Assembly (NCBI GenBank): GCA_031316235.1
Contig: JALDRA010000001.1
Span: 3,150,001-3,182,000 of the forward strand
DNA length: 32,000 nt
Direction of reading: 5' to 3'
Origin: Candidatus Scalindua sp.
GTDB lineage: Bacteria > Planctomycetota > Brocadiia > Brocadiales > Scalinduaceae
The notes below the pieces were generated by a model. That model was not told the DNA's origin, did not search any database, and saw only the letters and a program-made list of their open reading frames with translations. Below are positions 28,076-32,000 of the stretch, one piece after another. Both the position numbers and the translations under genes were made by a program. Position 1 is the stretch's first letter, and each line of letters starts with the position of its first letter.

Positions 28076-29380
28076 ATGAAGGTGCTTTTAATTCGATTTC
28101 TGTCTTTAGTTATACTGTTGTCATGGATTCCGGCCTGCAAGACATATAGTCCGGTTCCGATTGAGAAGGTACCTTTCCTCGATCGCTCACAGACCCAGAC
28201 CATTGGCGGGGTAACCGTAACGGCAGCTGTTCTTTCACATGAGGAGAGTGAGCAGATATTTGGCAGACCACTGGCTGAAAAGGGAATCCAGCCCGTCTGG
28301 CTGGAGATTGTAAACAGAGAAGATCTCCCGTATGCACTTATATCCAGATACCTTGATCCAACGTACTTTTCTGCTTCTGAGACAGCTCGCATGAATGCAG
28401 TATCGAAAAAAGATATAGACGAGCAGATGGCGAAAGACTACCGGAAATTAGCTATTGATATCCGGGTGCCTCCCGGCCAAACAAGGTCTGGTTTTGTGTT
28501 TACCCGGTTAGATTTCGGTACCAAGGTAGTATCAGTTCTCTTATTTGGACCAAAACAGGTAAGATCACTTGTCTTTTATATTACCGTACCCGGCCTTGAG
28601 CTTGATTACCAGGATGTTGACTTTGATAAACTGTATAAAAAGGAAGAACTGATTGTATTCGATGAAGAAAAGGCATTTCGTGAGATGCTCACCAATTTTC
28701 AATGTTGCACAGAAAATGAAAAGGGTACAAAAGATGGTGACCCATTGAATCTTGTATTGATTGGAAGCCGTAATGAATTATTTGGTGCTCTTGCCAGAGT
28801 TGGTTGGGATGAGACAGAAGCAGTTACCTTTTCTACTGCACTGAAGACTGCGAAGGCCTTCTTTTCCGGGGATATGTACATGAACGCTCCGATTAGTCCA
28901 CAGTACCTCTTTGGCCGCAGTCAGGATGTTGCACTTCAGAAGGGACGCGACTCGATTCACGAACGTAACCACTTGCGTCTGTGGCTCTCTCCATGGATTT
29001 TCCTGGGAAAAAACGTCTGGATAGGCCAGATCAGCCGGGATATTGGTATTCGGTTAACAACAGGAGTCTGGAATCTTACAACCCATGAAATAGACCCTGA
29101 GGTGGACGACTCTCGTGACTACCTGATATCTGATATCATGTCTGTACAAGGACTATCCAAGTTTGGATTTGTCAAAGGCGTAGGCGAGGCCACACCTGAA
29201 AACCCTCGTAAGATCCTGCTTGGAGATGAGTACTGGACAGATGGACTTCGCGCCGTAATGCTCTTATCAGAGGAACCAGTTGCCATGGATGAAGTCAGTT
29301 TTTTTATCTGGGATTTTAAAATGAAAGGAGCTAAAGAAGTAATTGAAAGGGTGGGACGGGAAGCTTTATCTAGCCCTTAA
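28076..29380 (+). CDS. Lipoprotein with an LssY-like C-terminal domain
   Basis: AGGGGG lies upstream and there is a lipobox WIPAC. C-terminal half: DPLNLVLIGS...L..ALARVGWDE......A........MY.NAPISPQYLFGRSQDVALQK......ERNHLRLW. Confidence 0.7.
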   Translation: MKVLLIRFLSLVILLSWIPACKTYSPVPIEKVPFLDRSQTQTIGGVTVTAAVLSHEESEQIFGRPLAEKGIQPVWLEIVNREDLPYALISRYLDPTYFSASETARMNAVSKKDIDEQMAKDYRKLAIDIRVPPGQTRSGFVFTRLDFGTKVVSVLLFGPKQVRSLVFYITVPGLELDYQDVDFDKLYKKEELIVFDEEKAFREMLTNFQCCTENEKGTKDGDPLNLVLIGSRNELFGALARVGWDETEAVTFSTALKTAKAFFSGDMYMNAPISPQYLFGRSQDVALQKGRDSIHERNHLRLWLSPWIFLGKNVWIGQISRDIGIRLTTGVWNLTTHEIDPEVDDSRDYLISDIMSVQGLSKFGFVKGVGEATPENPRKILLGDEYWTDGLRAVMLLSEEPVAMDEVSFFIWDFKMKGAKEVIERVGREALSSP

Positions 29381-29384
29381 TGAG

Positions 29385-29745
29385 CTATTTCCCTGCGTTG
29401 AAAACTCGACCGATTCGGAGACGCTGTTTTTTTCTCGCGCTGACTTTCGGACTACGCGACGATCCTCCGGCGGCGCTGGCGCGGACGATGTGGGGTGTGT
29501 CGAACGCGCCCGGAAAGACGCCGGTATTGAGCAACCGATTTACTTTAGTGCCTGCACAACCGACGGCAAGCGGTTGTGGGCCGTGCGCTACTCCAGCAAC
29601 AACGTGTCGCGGACGCAGTATCACAGTTGTAACATCCACGCCTTCAGTTGTCTGGATGCACGTTCTGGTACGTCGCTTAACTTTGATGACATACGCACCA
29701 AAGTCGGTATCAATCTTTCTGTTATGTGTTCCTGTTGTATTCATG
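29385..29745 (+). pseudogene. Class-II glutamine amidotransferase (YafJ/EgtC-like) remnant, 5'-truncated and frameshifted
   Basis: Homology is split over two frames: LFPCVENSTDSETLFF | LALTFGLRDDPPAALARTM | VERARKDAGIEQPIYFSACTTDGKRLWAVRYSS. The first shift is in the T7 run at 29427-29433 and the second is near 29490-29500. The N-terminal catalytic half is absent, and the fragment begins within about 5 nt of the LssY-like stop. Confidence 0.65.
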
Positions 29746-29752
29746 TTTTAGA

Positions 29753-30110
29753 CTAATGGTGGAAACCAGATGCCTCGTCAGCCGTCATCGGCGTGTGGAC
29801 CGGGTGCTGTTTAAAATAGTCGATCGCGCGATTCATGTCGTCCACCAACAGCGAGCCAAGGTCCCGGCTGACACCGTGACGTAACAGAATCCGCTGAATC
29901 GAGATATTCTGACAATTAGGGGGCAGGGAATAGTCGGGCACTTGCCAACCGCGACTTCTCAGCCGATCCGCGAAGTCGTAGAGTCTGAAGCCCGGGTTGA
30001 CGTCACTTTTTATTTTCCATCACAGCGCCGGAATGCCGGCATCCTCACCGAAAGATCTGCTGATGCGTAAAACCTCGTCTTCGAGGCTGTCTCTTACCGA
30101 GTCTTTTTCA
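29753..30110 (-). pseudogene. Glutamate decarboxylase C-terminal remnant with an in-frame stop
   Basis: The minus-strand translation is ...[82 protein letters not shown]. It parallels E. coli GadB ...[75 protein letters not shown]. The TGA is at 30020-30022, and about 350 N-terminal codons are missing. Confidence 0.7.
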
Positions 30111-30263
30111 TGTAGGGGCATCTCTCTCTCCTCAATATTTAAACTGTTAGCTGACCGCCGGTGATCGAAAACCGTTGGCTATAAATTTGACTGCTGCTTC
30201 ACGGAACGCCAAGCTCGTTTTCTCCTTCACGACAGCCAAACTATAGCAGATTTTAGCTTGTGC

Positions 30264-30292
30264 TTGCTTTTAAATACATTTCTGCTTATAAT
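30264..30292 (+). promoter_or_regulatory. Sigma70-like promoter candidate upstream of the arylsulfatase gene
   Basis: TTGCTT (30264-30269), a 17-nt spacer, then a consensus TATAAT (30287-30292). This is sequence pattern only. Confidence 0.35.
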
Positions 30293-30296
30293 GATT

Positions 30297-30336
30297 CCCT
30301 GCCCGGATGAAACGACTTAGTCGGGCAGGGTTTATT
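30297..30336 (+). terminator. GC-rich hairpin plus T-rich tract in the arylsulfatase leader (attenuator-like or orphan terminator)
   Basis: CCCTGCCCG-16 nt-CGGGCAGGG (30297-30330) is followed by TTTATT and then a long T-rich stretch up to 30368. It lies between the candidate -10 element and the AAGGAG at 30377-30382. Confidence 0.35.
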
Positions 30337-30392
30337 GGGTGACAGTTTTTATTTTTGTTTTTTTTTGTAACATTGAAAGGAGAAACAAAGAA

Positions 30393-32000
30393 ATGAGACC
30401 GTTCTACTTAACCATGTTAGCGCTATCTGCTTTTATGATTGGGGTATCGGGGCTTTCTGCCGATACATCATCATCAGAAGGAACGAGAGAAGATTCGAAT
30501 GTAAAAACTACTGCTGGTTTATCGAACGACAGAAAACCGGGAACAGAAGCCATTCGTGCGAAACAACCCAAACAGCGACAAACCTCCGAAAAAATTGGTG
30601 AGAAAAAAGGACAAAATAGAGCTCCAGTCAACAAAACCAAACCACTATTACTGGCTCAGGCAGGCACAAGTTCCCCTTCAGATCAACCGGAAACGGAATC
30701 TGAGAAAAAGGGTGATAAGACTCCCAACATTGTCATTATCTGGGGTGACGACATCGGGCAAAGCAACATCAGCGCCTACACCATGGGGATGATGGGCTAC
30801 CGAACGCCCAACATCGATCGCGTAGCCAGGGAGGGGATGATCTTCACTGACTACTATGCGGAGCAGAGCTGCACCGCCGGTCGATCGGCCTTTATTACGG
30901 GCCAGAGCGTTTTCCGCACAGGGCTCAGTAAGGTCGGCCTGCCGGGTGCCGACCTTGGTCTCCGCGAGGAAGATCCCACAATTGCCGAGCTGCTTAAGCC
31001 GCTCGGCTATGCTACCGGCCAGTTTGGCAAGAACCACCTGGGCGACAAGGACGAGATGCTGCCAACAAATCACGGCTTCGATGAGTTCTACGGTAATCTC
31101 TATCACCTTAATGCTGAAGAAGAGCCTGAGTTGCCGGATTATCCGAAGGACCCTGAGTTTCGTAAGAAGTACGGGCCGCGGGGTGTAATCCACAGCTTTG
31201 CCGACGGCAGGATCGAGGATACCGGTCCCTTGACCAGGAAGCGCATGGAAACTATCGATGACGACGTGGCAGCCAGGTCAGTCACGTTTATTGAAGAGCA
31301 GCACAAGGCTGGCAACCCCTTCTTCGTGTGGGTAAATTTTACCCACATGCACTTCCGGACTCATACGAAGCCGGAAAGCCTGGGTCAATCCGGCCGTTGG
31401 CAGAGTCCCTATCACGACACTATGATTGACCATGACAGAAACGTCGGGCAGGTCCTGGATAAGCTTGATGAGTTGGGAATTTCTGAGAATACGATTGTCA
31501 TGTATGGCACGGATAACGGGCCGCACATGAACTCGTGGCCTGATGCTGCCATGACACCCTTCCGGAACGAGAAGAACTCCAACTGGGAAGGCGCCTACCG
31601 CGTCCCCGCCATGGTGCGTTGGCCCGGAAAGATCAAACCCGGTACGGTCTCAAACGACATTATGTCGCACATGGACTGGTTACCCACGCTGCTTGCGGCT
31701 GCCGGAGACGCTGACATCAAGGAAAAACTTCTGAAAGGTCATAAAGCCGGGAACAAGACCTTTAAGGTCCACCTCGATGGTTACAACTTCCTGCCGTACT
31801 TAACCGGTAAGGAGCAGAAAAGTCCCCGTGAGGAATTCATTTACTTTTCCGACGACGGTGGATTGACTGGACTACGCTATGATAACTGGAAGCTGGTCTT
31901 TTCCGAGCAAAGACAACAGGGTACCCTGCAGATTTGGTTTGAACCTTTTACCCAACTGCGCGCGCCCAAGCTCTTCAACCTGCGCATGGATCCGTATGAA
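30393..32000 (+). CDS. Arylsulfatase (formylglycine-dependent sulfatase family), 3' end off-window
   Basis: This ORF is not in the track because it runs off the window. The frame is open from ATG 30393 for 536 codons. It has a signal peptide, a low-complexity linker of about 90 aa, then NIVIIWGDDIG, QSCTAGRSAFITGQ (C-x-A-x-R FGly motif), GKNHLGD, YGTDNGP and WPGKIKPG. Confidence 0.85.
   Translation, partial: MRPFYLTMLALSAFMIGVSGLSADTSSSEGTREDSNVKTTAGLSNDRKPGTEAIRAKQPKQRQTSEKIGEKKGQNRAPVNKTKPLLLAQAGTSSPSDQPETESEKKGDKTPNIVIIWGDDIGQSNISAYTMGMMGYRTPNIDRVAREGMIFTDYYAEQSCTAGRSAFITGQSVFRTGLSKVGLPGADLGLREEDPTIAELLKPLGYATGQFGKNHLGDKDEMLPTNHGFDEFYGNLYHLNAEEEPELPDYPKDPEFRKKYGPRGVIHSFADGRIEDTGPLTRKRMETIDDDVAARSVTFIEEQHKAGNPFFVWVNFTHMHFRTHTKPESLGQSGRWQSPYHDTMIDHDRNVGQVLDKLDELGISENTIVMYGTDNGPHMNSWPDAAMTPFRNEKNSNWEGAYRVPAMVRWPGKIKPGTVSNDIMSHMDWLPTLLAAAGDADIKEKLLKGHKAGNKTFKVHLDGYNFLPYLTGKEQKSPREEFIYFSDDGGLTGLRYDNWKLVFSEQRQQGTLQIWFEPFTQLRAPKLFNLRMDPYE

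Noticed and set aside
29222-29232. GAGATGAGTA inside the LssY-like gene and ATGAGATGG at 6214-6222, both resembling the repeat terminus.
   Set aside because: These are only 8-10 nt matches within coding sequence with no adjacent family blocks. That is consistent with chance in a 32-kb window.
30020-30022. The TGA aligned to a Cys of GadB, as a possible selenocysteine codon.
   Set aside because: The reading frame lacks the whole N-terminal PLP-binding part and has no start context or obvious SECIS-like hairpin downstream. An inactivating mutation in a remnant is far more likely.
216-31526. Many 60-190-aa track ORFs lie antisense to or out of frame with the long genes. Examples: 216-521, 4563-5000, 9118-9540, 13014-13463, 14814-15194, 16245-16670, 19342-19917, 25675-26223, 29385-29744 and 30678-31193.
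   Set aside because: Each lies wholly inside a longer ORF that has clear family motifs. They have no ribosome-binding site or recognisable motif and look like shadow ORFs.

Overview
The window is bacterial chromosome with moderate GC. I cannot name a taxon from the sequence alone.

Positions 1-6.9 kb are a housekeeping block: the dapA 3' end, folE, a TolC-like OMP, a ThiF/MoeB-type E1-like enzyme, pgi, a glycine-zipper lipoprotein, and a PAS sensor.

From about 7 kb onward the window is a compositional mosaic of envelope and accessory genes. In order:
- a 5'-truncated porin;
- a 1232-aa AsmA/YhdP-like protein;
- an alpha-carbonic anhydrase lipoprotein;
- two divergent paralogs of an unrecognised secreted protein;
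- an apparent operon of glycine-zipper protein, DUF2092, parvulin-like PPIase, HupE/UreJ and DUF3604;
- an AT-rich 1.9 kb cassette with orphan genes;
- a lipoprotein, an MscK-like channel and an LssY-like lipoprotein;
- a gene-decay zone with glutamine amidotransferase and glutamate decarboxylase remnants;
- a partial arylsulfatase running off the 3' end.

The most unusual signal is non-coding. A family of structured intergenic repeats sharing the terminus TATACTCATCTCATA occurs at about 3.66, 7.68, 14.56, 21.8 and 23.9 kb. The copies range from 53 to about 250 bp. Conserved blocks are separated by hairpins of variable length, and one stem shows a compensatory base-pair change. The four asymmetric copies alternate in orientation and sit at the boundaries of the gene modules.

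I saw no rRNA, tRNA, CRISPR array, transposase, integrase or recombinase gene. All homology calls come from recognising motifs in the supplied translations, not from database searches.
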